A stretch of 64,000 nt of DNA from SAR202 cluster bacterium (GTDB taxonomy: Bacteria > Chloroflexota > Dehalococcoidia > Lucifugimonadales > Australimonadaceae). The stretch's first letter is position 1; every line of letters begins with the position of its first letter. Positions 30,423 to 39,194 of this stretch are shown piece by piece. The notes beneath the pieces were generated by a model, which was given only the letters and a program-made list of their open reading frames with translations, was not told where the DNA came from and did no database searches. The stretch lies in the NCBI GenBank assembly GCA_016872415.1, contig VGZX01000001.1, positions 10,287-74,286 of the forward strand. Reading direction: 5' to 3'. Position numbers and translations under genes: made by a program.

Positions 30423-31535
30423 ATGGCGAATTTGCGCCTGCCCGGCCCCACGCCTGTTCCTGATGATGTCGTGAAGGCGATGAGCAAGCCCATGATCGAC
30501 CACCGCGGCGCCGAGTTCGCCGGCATTCTGCGCCGTGTCACCGAGAATCTGAAAAAGGCCTTCGAAACCAAGAACGACGTTTTCGTGCTGACCTCCTCCG
30601 GCACCGGCGCGATGGAAGCGGCGGTCGTGAACACGCTCAGCGTTGGTGAGCCCGTCCTGGCGGTGAGCATCGGCAACTTCGGCGACCGTTTCGGCAAGAT
30701 CGCGCAGACCTATGGGGCCAAGGTCACGAACCTCAAGTTCCCCGAGGGTGAAATATCTGACGTGGCGAAGATCCGCGAGGCGCTTCGGAAAGACCCCTCG
30801 ATCACGTCGGTGCTGGTGACGCACAACGAGACCTCCACCGGCATCACCAACGACCTGGAAGCCATCTCGAAGGTCGTCAAGGGCGAGTTCGACAAGCTGT
30901 TCCTGGTCGACGCCATCTCGTCGCTCGGCTCCATCAGGCTGGCGATGGACGCATGGGGCATCGACGTGGCAGCCTCGGCCTCCCAGAAGGGCTGGGCATG
31001 CCCGCCCGGCCTCGCCATGATCGCCATGAGCCCCCGCGCGTGGGAGGCGGCGAAGAAGGCGAACATGCCGAAGTTCTATTTCGACTTGACCGAGGCCAAG
31101 AAGTCGCTGGAGAAGGGGCAGACGCCGTGGACTCCGGCGGTGGGCCTGCTGTACGGCCTCGACCACGCTTTGCGGAACATGCTCGCCAAGGGCGACATGC
31201 GGGCGACCTATGACTTCCACGCCGAGATCGCGGGCTACACGCGCGACCGGCTGCGGCAGCTGGGGCTGCGGCTGGTGGCGAAGGACATGAAATACGCCTC
31301 CAACACGGTCACCGCCGCCTACCTTCCTGACGGCGTGAGGGACTCCGCGCTGCTGAACACGCTGCGCGACGAGTACGACATCATCGCGGCCGAAGGCCGC
31401 GGCGTGCTCGCGGGTAAGGTGTTCCGCATCGGCCACATGGGCTACGTCACGAAGGCCGACATCGACGACGTGATCCAGGCCTTGGAGAAGGCGTTGCCGA
31501 AGCTGAAGCAGGGCGCGGGCGCGCCGGCCCGATAA
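30423..31535 (+). CDS. Class-V PLP aminotransferase (serine-glyoxylate / phosphoserine aminotransferase type)
   Basis: MANLRLPGPTPVP N-terminus. PLP-lysine motif SASQKGW. GAGGAG RBS. It sits immediately upstream of serA. Confidence 0.8.
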   Translation: MANLRLPGPTPVPDDVVKAMSKPMIDHRGAEFAGILRRVTENLKKAFETKNDVFVLTSSGTGAMEAAVVNTLSVGEPVLAVSIGNFGDRFGKIAQTYGAKVTNLKFPEGEISDVAKIREALRKDPSITSVLVTHNETSTGITNDLEAISKVVKGEFDKLFLVDAISSLGSIRLAMDAWGIDVAASASQKGWACPPGLAMIAMSPRAWEAAKKANMPKFYFDLTEAKKSLEKGQTPWTPAVGLLYGLDHALRNMLAKGDMRATYDFHAEIAGYTRDRLRQLGLRLVAKDMKYASNTVTAAYLPDGVRDSALLNTLRDEYDIIAAEGRGVLAGKVFRIGHMGYVTKADIDDVIQALEKALPKLKQGAGAPAR

Positions 31536-31564
31536 CTCTAGGCCGCCTCCGGGAGCACACATCA

Positions 31565-33151
31565 ATGGCTCGTATCCTCGTCGCGGACCCCGTCGACAAC
31601 GCGGGCGTCCAACGGCTTAAGGCCGCTGGTCACCAGGTGGACGTGAAGCATGGCCTGAAGCCGCATGAGCTGGAAGCCATCATTGGCGACTACGAGGCGC
31701 TGGCCGTCCGCTCCGAGACGAAGGTGACGGCGGCAGTCCTGGCGAAGGCACGCAAGATGCAGGTTGTCGGGCGCGCAGGGGTCGGCGTCGACAACATCGA
31801 CTTGGAAGCCGCGACGCAGCATGGCGTGGCCGTCGTCAACGCGCCCACGGGCAACACCGTCGCCGCCGCCGAACACGCGCTGGCGATGATGATGGCCCTT
31901 TCCCGTTACATCCCTCAGGCGGACGCGTCGATGCGGCGCGGCGAGTGGAACCGTCGCGCCTTCATGGGCGTGGAGATGCGGAACAAGACCTTGGGCGTGA
32001 TCGGCCTCGGCAAGGTTGGCTCCGAGGTTGCCCGCCGCGCCAAGGCGTTCCCCATGCGCATCCTGGCCTACGACCCATACGTCCCGCAGGACTTCGCCCG
32101 CAGCATGGGCGTCGAGACGGTCGACATGGACACGCTGCTCGCGCAGTCCGATTACATCACCATACATACGCCGCTCACCGCCGCCACGAAGCACCTCATC
32201 GGCGCCGAGCAGTTCGAGAAGCTCAAGCCCGGCGTCCGCATCGTCAATGCCGCGCGCGGCGGGCTCGTCGACGAGACGCTGCTCGACGCCGCGTTGAAGA
32301 GCGGCAAGGTGGCCGGTGCCGCGCTCGACGTGTTCTCGCAAGAGCCGCCACCCCAGAACATGCCCTTGCTCGCCAACCCGAAGTGCATCCTCACGCCGCA
32401 CCTCGGCGCCTCGACCGAGGAAGCGCAGGTCGAGGTCGCCGTCGAGGTTGCCGAGCAGATGTTGGCGATCCTGAACGGCCAGCCCGCCCGCTACACGGTC
32501 AACGTCCCGTTCGTGCCCGCCGACGTCCGCGAGGCGCTCGCCCCCTATCTGCCGGTCGCGACCAAAATGGCGCACCTGGCGATCCAACTCGCCGAGGGGC
32601 AGTTGGAGGGGATCACCCTGAAGGTGAGCGGCGACTTGGCCCGATACAACACCGCGAGCCTCGCGGCCGCGGCCCTGGTGGGCATCCTCGCCGGCACGTC
32701 GGAGGAGCGCGTGAACCTCGTCAACGCGCCGGTGCTGGCGCGCGAGCGCGGCATCAACGTGGTCGAGCAGAAGGACCCCAGCGCCGACCCGCAGTATTCC
32801 AACCTCGTGGGCATCGAGGTCAAGACGAACGAAGGCTCCGTCTACATCGCCGGCACCACCGTGGGCGGCAAGACGCACCTGCTGCGCCTTAACGACTTCT
32901 ACCTTGACATGGAACCGAGCGCACCGTACATGCTGTTCACCAGTCACATCGACCGGCCGGGCATGATCGGCCGCGTCGGAACCATCGCCGGCGAGCACGA
33001 TGTCAACATCTCGTTCATGGAGGTCGGCCGCGAGGCGCCGCGCGGCCGCGCGACGATGATCGTCGGCCTCGACGACGCGCCATCGGCGGAGATGCTCGCG
33101 AAGATCCGCGGCATCGACGGCGTCGTCAGCGTCAAGGTCGTCACGCCCTAG
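31565..33151 (+). CDS. serA: D-3-phosphoglycerate dehydrogenase (long form with ACT domain)
   Basis: 528 aa. GLGKVGSEVARRAKAF NAD-binding site, RGGLVDE, HLGAST, and a C-terminal ASB/ACT region. Confidence 0.9.
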   Translation: MARILVADPVDNAGVQRLKAAGHQVDVKHGLKPHELEAIIGDYEALAVRSETKVTAAVLAKARKMQVVGRAGVGVDNIDLEAATQHGVAVVNAPTGNTVAAAEHALAMMMALSRYIPQADASMRRGEWNRRAFMGVEMRNKTLGVIGLGKVGSEVARRAKAFPMRILAYDPYVPQDFARSMGVETVDMDTLLAQSDYITIHTPLTAATKHLIGAEQFEKLKPGVRIVNAARGGLVDETLLDAALKSGKVAGAALDVFSQEPPPQNMPLLANPKCILTPHLGASTEEAQVEVAVEVAEQMLAILNGQPARYTVNVPFVPADVREALAPYLPVATKMAHLAIQLAEGQLEGITLKVSGDLARYNTASLAAAALVGILAGTSEERVNLVNAPVLARERGINVVEQKDPSADPQYSNLVGIEVKTNEGSVYIAGTTVGGKTHLLRLNDFYLDMEPSAPYMLFTSHIDRPGMIGRVGTIAGEHDVNISFMEVGREAPRGRATMIVGLDDAPSAEMLAKIRGIDGVVSVKVVTP

Positions 33152-33311
33152 CCACCGCCTTCGAGGGGCTGGCGCGGCAAGCCATGCCCGACTGTCGTTT
33201 CGCCACGGCTCGTTGACACTTGGCGTAGTCCGCACCTACTCTCCGCGCACTTTGTCATGCGCCGTCGCGACGACGGCCACGATGAGCCACGTATTTTTTG
33301 ACAAGGTGAGT

Positions 33312-34382
33312 ATGCGGCGAGACAGCGGACCGGAATTCGATCCCGATCAGATCCTGCGGGACTTGCGGGCCCGCTGGGACCGTTTCCGCGGTGGCGTGGG
33401 CCAGGGCGGGTTCACGAGCGACATCAACCTGGTGCCCATCGTGGCCGGCGTGTTGGCCGCGCTCGTCCTCGTTTGGCTTGCCACGGGCTCCTACACCGTC
33501 GGCCCGCAGGAGCAGGCCGCCGTGCGCCTGTTCGGCCAGTTCCGTGGGTTGGAGGGTCCCGGCCTCCACTGGTATCCACCCGCGCCCATCGGCACGCGCA
33601 ACATCGAGCGGGTGCTGGAGACGAAGACGCTGGAGCTGGGCTTCCGCTCGCAGCCGCCTCAGGATGTGCAAGTCGAATCGCAGATGATCACCGGCGACCT
33701 CAACATCGTCGATGTCCACATGGTCGTCCAGTACCGCATCACCAACCTCAGAAACTTCCTGTTCAACATCTCCGACCCGGGCGACGCCGACCGCGACACA
33801 CGGGAGGGCAGGCCCGACGGCCGCACGCTGCGCGACGCCACCGAGGCGGCGCTGCGGCAGGTGGTGGGCCAGCGCGGCATCGACGATGCGTTGACCATCG
33901 GCCGCGAGGCCGTGCAGGAGGACACCAAGCGCGTGCTGCAAGCCACGCTGGATCAATACGGCGCTGGCATCGAGGTGCTCCAAGTAGTGTTGCAGAACGT
34001 GCGCCCGCCGGACCCCGTGCGCGCCGCCTTCGACGACGTGGTGCGCGCTCGCGTGGACAAGTAGAGCCGCATCAACCAGGCCCGCGCGTACGAGCAGGAC
34101 CGCCTGCCCCGCGCGTTGGGCGCGGCCCAGGCCACGATGCAGAATGCCGAGGGCTTCAAGCAGTCCCGCATCGCGCTGGCGCGCGGCGAGGCGGCGGAGT
34201 TCCTCGCCGTGCTGGCCGAGTACCAGAGCTCGCAGGACGTCACCCGCCGGCGCTTGTACCTCGAGGCGATGGAGGAGATACTGCCCGGCGTGACACTCTT
34301 CATCATCGACCCCGAGGCCGGCGATGGCGTGTTGCCGCTCACGCAGGGCGGACCGGCGGCCACTCCGGCGGCGGGGCCATAG
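33312..34382 (+). pseudogene. hflK: hflK (SPFH/band-7 FtsH modulator) with an in-frame TAG
   Basis: HflK-like sequence continues in the same frame across TAG 34062-34064 (...VVRARVDK*SRINQARAYEQD...EGFKQSRIALARGEAAEF...RRRLYLEAMEEIL). AAGGTGAG RBS before ATG 33312. Confidence 0.75.
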
Positions 34383-34389
34383 GCTACCC

Positions 34390-35357
34390 ATGCGCATCCT
34401 CATCGCCGTCGCCGTCGTGCTCCTCGTCGCCGCCATCGTCGGACCGCAAGAGTTCTACGCCGTGGACGAGACGCAATACGTCGTCGTCACCCGCTTCGGC
34501 GAGGTGCGAGGCCTCCAGACGACCCCCGGCATCAGAGCGAAGGCACCCTTCATCGACGCCGTCACCACGCTGGACAAGCGCCTACTGCGGGTGGACGTGC
34601 CGCCTTCCAGCTTCCCGGACGTCGAGAACTAGTTCCTCGAGATCGACGCCTACGTGCGCTACCGCATCATCGACCCGCGCCAGTTCCGCGAGCGCCTCGG
34701 CACCACGGTGGAGGCCTCCTCGCGCATCAGCCAGACGGTCATTGCCGAGCTGCGCGCCGCCACCGGCCAGCGCGCGCGTGCAGATCATCGGTGGCAACAT
34801 CACCGTCAACGACCAGGGCCTCACGGTCGTCACGCCCCTGCTCACCGCCGATGGCATCCCCGTGCGCGAGGACATCACCCGGCAGGTGACCGCCGGCTCA
34901 GATGCCCGCGTGAAGGCGCAGGGCTTCGGCCTCGAGATCGTGGACGTCCGCATCAAGCGCGCGGACTTCCCACAGGCCACCGAGGAGAACATCTTTGCTC
35001 GTATGCGGACCGAGCGCGACGTGCAGGCGCAGCGCCTCCGCGCCGAAGGCGAAGAGGAGTTCCTGACGCGGACATCCAATGTCGACCGGCAGGTCGCCAT
35101 AATCAACGCGGAGGCCGAGGAGCGCGCGCTGACCCTTCGCGGCGAGGGTGAGGCCGAGGCGATTCGAATTCTGGCGGTCGCGCTGGAGCAAGCCCCCCGA
35201 GCTCTTCGAGTTCCTGCGGAGCCTCGACGCTTATTGCGCGTTCATCGGCGACGGCTCCACGCTGCTGCTCTCCAGCCAGTCCGATCTGTTCAAGTTCTTG
35301 CGGAGCGCGACCGGCGCGCCGCCGACTCCCAGGCCGGCCCCCACCGCCGCCCCGTAG
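34390..35357 (+). pseudogene. hflC: hflC with an in-frame TAG and two frameshifts
   Basis: HflC homology runs 34390-34629, then crosses TAG 34630-34632 in frame. It shifts frame within the CG repeat at about 34771-34780. It shifts again in the C-run at 35192-35197, and the C-terminus PELFEFLRSLDAY ends at TAG 35355-35357. Confidence 0.75.
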
Positions 35358-35362
35358 CAGGT

Positions 35363-36667
35363 CTAACCCGGTGCCGGCGCGCTTGCCGCCGTGGTGGCGG
35401 CCTGCCGCGCGGCGTGCGCCTTTCGCTCGCGCGCCAGCAGCAGCGATAGCGCCACGCCCAATGCCGCCAGCGCCGCGAGCATCAGGAAGCCGATCTGGAA
35501 CGAGCCGGTCAGGTCCTTCACCGCGCCCAGCACGTAGGCGAAGGTGAAGCTGCCGAGGTTGGCGAAGAAGTTGCCGAACCCACTCGCCATGCCCGCTCGG
35601 CGCTGCCCGATGACCTCGATCGGCGCGGAGAACAACGAGCCGAAGTAGACCTGCATGAACATCGCGTTGACGCAGACGGCGACGATGACCAATGGCAGCA
35701 TGGCGAGGGTGCCGATCGATGCCGTCGTCACCGTCAACACGGCGAGCGCGCCACCGATCACCAGCGCCGGCTTCCGCAGTCGGTCGGAGACGTAGCCGCC
35801 TATCAGGTTCGATGGGGCCGTGAAGGCCGACGATAACGCCACGACGAACCCGGCGTGCTCCAGCGAGAGCGCATGCTCCTCCACCAGCAGCGTCGGCAGC
35901 CAGAACGTCACGCCCGTGACGATGGCAAGCCGCGCGTATTGGATGCCGGAGGCGAGCCACATCACGCGGTAGCGGGCCAGGGCCACGATGTCGCGCACGT
36001 GCGCCGTCGGCCCGCCCTCGCCACCGCCTTTCGCCAGGCGCGAGAAGACGACGGCGGAGAGCAGCCCCGCGCCGCCAACGCCGATGAAGATGGCCCGCCA
36101 GCCAAGGGCATTCGCCAAGTTGGGCCCAACGAGGTTGAGCACGATGGTGAACAGGAAGCTGGCGCCGATGTAGCCGCCCATGGACGTGGCGCGCCGCGAC
36201 GGCGAGAAGAGGCTGGCAACGAGCACCATGCCAGGGGCGAATACCAGCGACCGGAAGAGGCCGTTGGCGAGCATGAGCGCGACCGCGTGCCAGTAGGTGG
36301 CGATGAAGCCGAAACCGAGCGTCACCACCATGACGCCGAGACATCCGGGGAGGAAGACCCGCCGCGGTCCGAAACGGTCCGACAGGAACCCCGCCGGGAT
36401 CTGCATGAACGCGTAGATGAGCGTGGAACCCGCCGCAAGCACGCCACCGGCGGTGAACGAGAGGGCCAAATCGTCGCGGATGCGCGGCAAGAACAAGGCC
36501 ACGGCCGCGAAGCCGACCTGCTGCAACCCCTGGCAAAGGAACAGCAACAGCAGCGTGATGGCGCGCTCGCGCCGCGCGGAGCCGGGAATGCTCGATGGTC
36601 TGCCCACGCTGGTCTCAACGGGCCGAGGGGTTGCGAGCATCCTAGCCCCGGCGGGCGGGCGCGGCAA
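35363..36667 (-). CDS. MFS transporter
   Basis: 434 aa with about 12 TM segments and the MFS loop motif GFLSDRFGPRR. Confidence 0.8.
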   Translation of the reverse strand: MPRPPAGARMLATPRPVETSVGRPSSIPGSARRERAITLLLLFLCQGLQQVGFAAVALFLPRIRDDLALSFTAGGVLAAGSTLIYAFMQIPAGFLSDRFGPRRVFLPGCLGVMVVTLGFGFIATYWHAVALMLANGLFRSLVFAPGMVLVASLFSPSRRATSMGGYIGASFLFTIVLNLVGPNLANALGWRAIFIGVGGAGLLSAVVFSRLAKGGGEGGPTAHVRDIVALARYRVMWLASGIQYARLAIVTGVTFWLPTLLVEEHALSLEHAGFVVALSSAFTAPSNLIGGYVSDRLRKPALVIGGALAVLTVTTASIGTLAMLPLVIVAVCVNAMFMQVYFGSLFSAPIEVIGQRRAGMASGFGNFFANLGSFTFAYVLGAVKDLTGSFQIGFLMLAALAALGVALSLLLARERKAHAARQAATTAASAPAPG

Positions 36668-36777
36668 GCGCGTCCCGTGCCGCTCGCGTGAGGCGGTCCG
36701 TTGGACCCTTGCCGCCGCTGGCCCGCCAGCGAGAGGTGGAGGCCCGCAGTGGGGGCATGGCCGTTTTTTCAGTCGCC

Positions 36778-36806
36778 TTGTAGCCCTTTTTGCCCTGTGC
36801 TACGAT
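36778..36806 (+). promoter_or_regulatory. Candidate promoter of the nuoEFG-like operon
   Basis: TTGTAG (36778-36783), 17-nt spacer, TACGAT (36801-36806) preceded by TGC (extended -10). Confidence 0.45.
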
Positions 36807-36836
36807 GCGGACGGTAGTTCGTGCCATGCATCACAA

Positions 36837-37385
36837 ATGCCAAGGGTGGCGATGACGACCACGTCGGACGGGGTTCGCGCCAAGGCCCGCGAGGCCATTC
36901 GCAACCAGCCCTACAAGACGCACACGATCCTCTCCTCGCTCCTCGCGGTGCAGGACGCCCTAGGCTTCCTCCCGCCGGAGGGCTTGGACGAGGTCGCGCG
37001 CCATCGCAACACCACCGTCAACGAGGTGTGGGGCATCGCCTCGTTCTACCCGAATTTCCGCTTCACGGCGCCGGCCAAGCACGTCGTCGAGGTCTGTTGG
37101 GGCCCCACCTGTCATGTCATGGGCGCCCAGCCGATCCTGCGGGGGCTGTTGCAGCGCCTCGGCCTTCACGCCGAAGGCGACACACCGGATGGCGCCGTCA
37201 CCCTGAAAATGAACACCTGCCTTGGCGTGTGCGCGCACGCGCCCGCCATGTCGTTCGACCACCGCCTGGCCGGCCATATGTCGCCGCAAAAGGCGCTGGC
37301 CGGCTTGGAAAAGCTGCGGAGCGGCGACCAGCCGGCCCACGCTGGCCACGACGGCGCGCGCACGGCCAGCGGAGGCGCGCGGTGA
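36837..37385 (+). CDS. nuoE: NADH dehydrogenase subunit E-like [2Fe-2S] protein
   Basis: Thioredoxin-like 2Fe-2S motif CWGPTCHVMG...CLGVCAHAP. ATG 36852 is an alternative start. Confidence 0.8.
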   Translation: MPRVAMTTTSDGVRAKAREAIRNQPYKTHTILSSLLAVQDALGFLPPEGLDEVARHRNTTVNEVWGIASFYPNFRFTAPAKHVVEVCWGPTCHVMGAQPILRGLLQRLGLHAEGDTPDGAVTLKMNTCLGVCAHAPAMSFDHRLAGHMSPQKALAGLEKLRSGDQPAHAGHDGARTASGGAR

Positions 37386-39181
37386 CGGACGCCTATCAGC
37401 CACTCCGCAAGCGGGCGGACGGGGTGTGGGCCGGCCTGCACGCGAAGCCCTGGATTCGCGTGAGCACCGGGCTCCAAGGCATGGCGGCCGGCGCCGGCGA
37501 GGTGCTGGAGGCGTTGCGCGCCGAGCTGTCGCGACAGCGGGTCGACGCCACCGTCTCCGAGGTCGGCACGACGGGGCTCTGCTACGCGGAGCCGCTCGTG
37601 GATGTCCACGTGCCCGGCACGGCGCGCACGTTGTACCACAACGTGACGCCCGAGCAGGTCGCGCGCATCGTCGCCGAGCACGTCAAGGCGCAGCGGCCCA
37701 TCGCCGAATGGGCGCACGCCACCGCGGACGGCACCTTGGAAGGCGTTCCCCCGCGCGGCGAGCTGCCGATGATGAAAGGCCAAGTGCGCGTGGCGCTCCG
37801 CAACGCGGGCGAGATCGACCCGCTCAGCCTCGAGCAATACGTCGCGCGCGGTGGCTTCGAGGGCCTCGACAAGGCGCTCTCGGGCATGACGCGCGAGCAG
37901 GTGGTGCAAGAGGTGCGCGATTCCGGGCTGCGCGGCCGCGGCGGCGCAGCCTTCTCCACCGGCACCAAATGGAGCTTCCTCGCCGGCAATAAATCGCCCA
38001 TCAAATACATCCTCTGCAACTGCGAGGAGGGCGACCCGGGCGCCTTCAACGACAAGACCATCCTCGAAACCGACCCGTTCACGCTAGTGGAGGGTTGCAT
38101 CATCGCCGGCTACGCGACCGGCGCGAGCAACGGCATCGTCTTCATCCGCCACGGCCACCACGAGCCGATTGAGCGCACCACCCGCGCCATCGAAGCCTGC
38201 TACGAGGCCGGCCTGCTCGGCAAGAACATCCTCGGCACCGGCTTCAGCTACGACATGGAGGTTTCGCTCGTCGGCGAGTCCTATGTCGCCGGCGAGGAGA
38301 CGGCGCTGATGGAAGCGGTCGAGGGCAAACGCTCCATGCCCCGCTTCCGCCCCCCGTTCCCCGCCGCCGTCGGCGTGTGGGGCAAGCCCAGCAACATCAA
38401 CAACATCAAGACGATCTCCTACGTTCCGGAGATCGTCCGCCAAGGCGCCAAGTGGTTTGCCGGCATCGGCACGGAGCGAAGCAAGGGCACCGTCATCGCG
38501 TGCCTGTCGGGGCACATCAAGTACCCTGGCCTGCTGGAAGTGCCATGCGGTATCACCATGCGCCACCTGGTGGAGGTGATGGGCGGTGGCGAGCCGAGCG
38601 GCAAGCGGATCAAGTTCCTCCAGACCGGCGGGCCGCTCGGCGGCATGCTGCCGGCGGCGCAGCTCGACATGGTGCTCGACTTCGACGAGATGTCGCGGGC
38701 CGGCGCCATGTTCGGCTCGGGCGGGCTCATCGTCTGCAACGAGGACACGTCTATCGTCGATCTGACGCGCGTGCTGCTCGCGTTCGACCAGATGGAGTCG
38801 TGCGGCAAGTGCTTCCCGTGCCGCCTGGGCACCAGCCACCTGCTGGAGATACTCGAGCGCGCGTGCGATGGCCGGTCGCGCCCAACCGACCTCGACCTGA
38901 TGGATAGGGTAGGGCGCAACATGCGCGCCGGATCGCTGTGCGGCCACGGCCAACTTGGCTACAACCCCGTGAGCTCGGCGCTGAAGGCCTTCGCCGACGA
39001 GTTCAAGGCGCAGATGAGCGACGCCGGGCCGATTCCCATTCCGCCCTTCGTCGGCCCCCGCTCGACGCGGCGCGGCGCTCAAATGACGGGTGACACGCCC
39101 ACCGCGCAGGTCTACCCGGAGTTCGTGATCAACCTTCAGCCCGTGACGACGGCTAGCCAGCAGCCCACGGCGGCAGGATAA
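37382..39181 (+). CDS. nuoF: NADH dehydrogenase subunit F-like flavoprotein with N-terminal thioredoxin-like extension
   Basis: GLRGRGGAAFSTGTKW (FMN/NADH site), CNCEEGDPGAF, and the 4Fe-4S motif ESCGKCFPCRLG...LCGHG. GTGA overlap with nuoE. Confidence 0.85.
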   Translation: MTDAYQPLRKRADGVWAGLHAKPWIRVSTGLQGMAAGAGEVLEALRAELSRQRVDATVSEVGTTGLCYAEPLVDVHVPGTARTLYHNVTPEQVARIVAEHVKAQRPIAEWAHATADGTLEGVPPRGELPMMKGQVRVALRNAGEIDPLSLEQYVARGGFEGLDKALSGMTREQVVQEVRDSGLRGRGGAAFSTGTKWSFLAGNKSPIKYILCNCEEGDPGAFNDKTILETDPFTLVEGCIIAGYATGASNGIVFIRHGHHEPIERTTRAIEACYEAGLLGKNILGTGFSYDMEVSLVGESYVAGEETALMEAVEGKRSMPRFRPPFPAAVGVWGKPSNINNIKTISYVPEIVRQGAKWFAGIGTERSKGTVIACLSGHIKYPGLLEVPCGITMRHLVEVMGGGEPSGKRIKFLQTGGPLGGMLPAAQLDMVLDFDEMSRAGAMFGSGGLIVCNEDTSIVDLTRVLLAFDQMESCGKCFPCRLGTSHLLEILERACDGRSRPTDLDLMDRVGRNMRAGSLCGHGQLGYNPVSSALKAFADEFKAQMSDAGPIPIPPFVGPRSTRRGAQMTGDTPTAQVYPEFVINLQPVTTASQQPTAAG

Positions 39182-39194
39182 AGCAGGCGATCGC

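Noticed and set aside
28338-31565. 1075-aa minus-strand ORF, the longest in the track
   Set aside because: It is antisense to four independently well-supported plus-strand genes (gamma-CA-like, MFS, aminotransferase, serA start). Its composition is Arg/Ala/Gly/His-rich with no recognisable motif. This is the typical long shadow ORF of a high-GC genome.
33473-35449. 658-aa plus-strand ORF spanning hflK-hflC
   Set aside because: It is out of frame over hflK and most of hflC. Only its roughly 34780-35195 portion carries genuine HflC homology, and that portion is used as the middle segment of the hflC pseudogene.
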